NCBI GenBank assembly: GCA_043228905.1
Contig: JBHGNT010000003.1
Location: forward strand, 19,592,001-19,656,000
Direction of reading: 5' to 3'
From: Azolla caroliniana
Lineage: Eukaryota; Plantae; Polypodiophyta
Length of the DNA: 64,000 nucleotides
Position numbers and translations under genes: made by a program. The notes below the pieces were generated by a model. It was not told where the DNA came from, made no database searches, and was given only the letters and a program-made list of their open reading frames with translations. Positions 63,733 through 64,000 of the stretch are shown in pieces. How positions within the stretch are numbered: the stretch's first letter is position 1; each line of letters starts with the position of its first letter.

Positions 63733-64000
63733 TGCTCAAACTCAAACATCAAAGTAAGACGGCTTCACACAAAAAGAGAATCTACAATTCATCAATATTT
63801 AGATATTTGTTTTAGAGCTTCATTCATTTGCAAAGTGCGCAACTTTATCTATTGAATGTCCTAATGATTGATATCATTTGTTTATTGTGTTTTCTACGAT
63901 GTCTGTCTCCACATTTTATATCTAGTAATAATGAACGATGATAATTAGCTTCATAGAAATATTTTCTATTTTGCAATATCAATAAATATGTCTAAAACTT

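Overview
Land-plant nuclear DNA, most likely a fern or other seed-free plant (inferred from the Tcn1-like chromoviruses, a tRNA-Trp-primed DUF4100-type Ty3/gypsy element and PLS-PPR style). Over half of the window is nested LTR retrotransposons and solo LTRs, several with clean target-site duplications (TSDs), plus one 5'-truncated L1 LINE and a 100-N scaffold gap (42765-42864). Host genes are two intronless tetraspanins in head-to-head orientation (21833-22639 minus; 40350-41165 plus), a two-exon plastid-division MinE between them, a multi-exon LONELY GUY (LOG) gene at the right end, and a decayed PLS-class PPR gene. Most notable: (1) a tRNA-shaped Pol III A-box/B-box cassette lies antisense in the U3 of LTRs from two unrelated Ty3/gypsy lineages (five instances, one partial); (2) a gag-pol-less LTR element whose tRNA-Arg primer site points opposite to its TATA box and to its only, unknown, Cys/coiled-coil ORF; (3) -1 frameshift signals with pseudoknot potential in both gypsy lineages, one placed after the protease; (4) Tf1-style tRNA-independent self-priming in the chromoviruses. 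All calls are by eye; no database searches were run.
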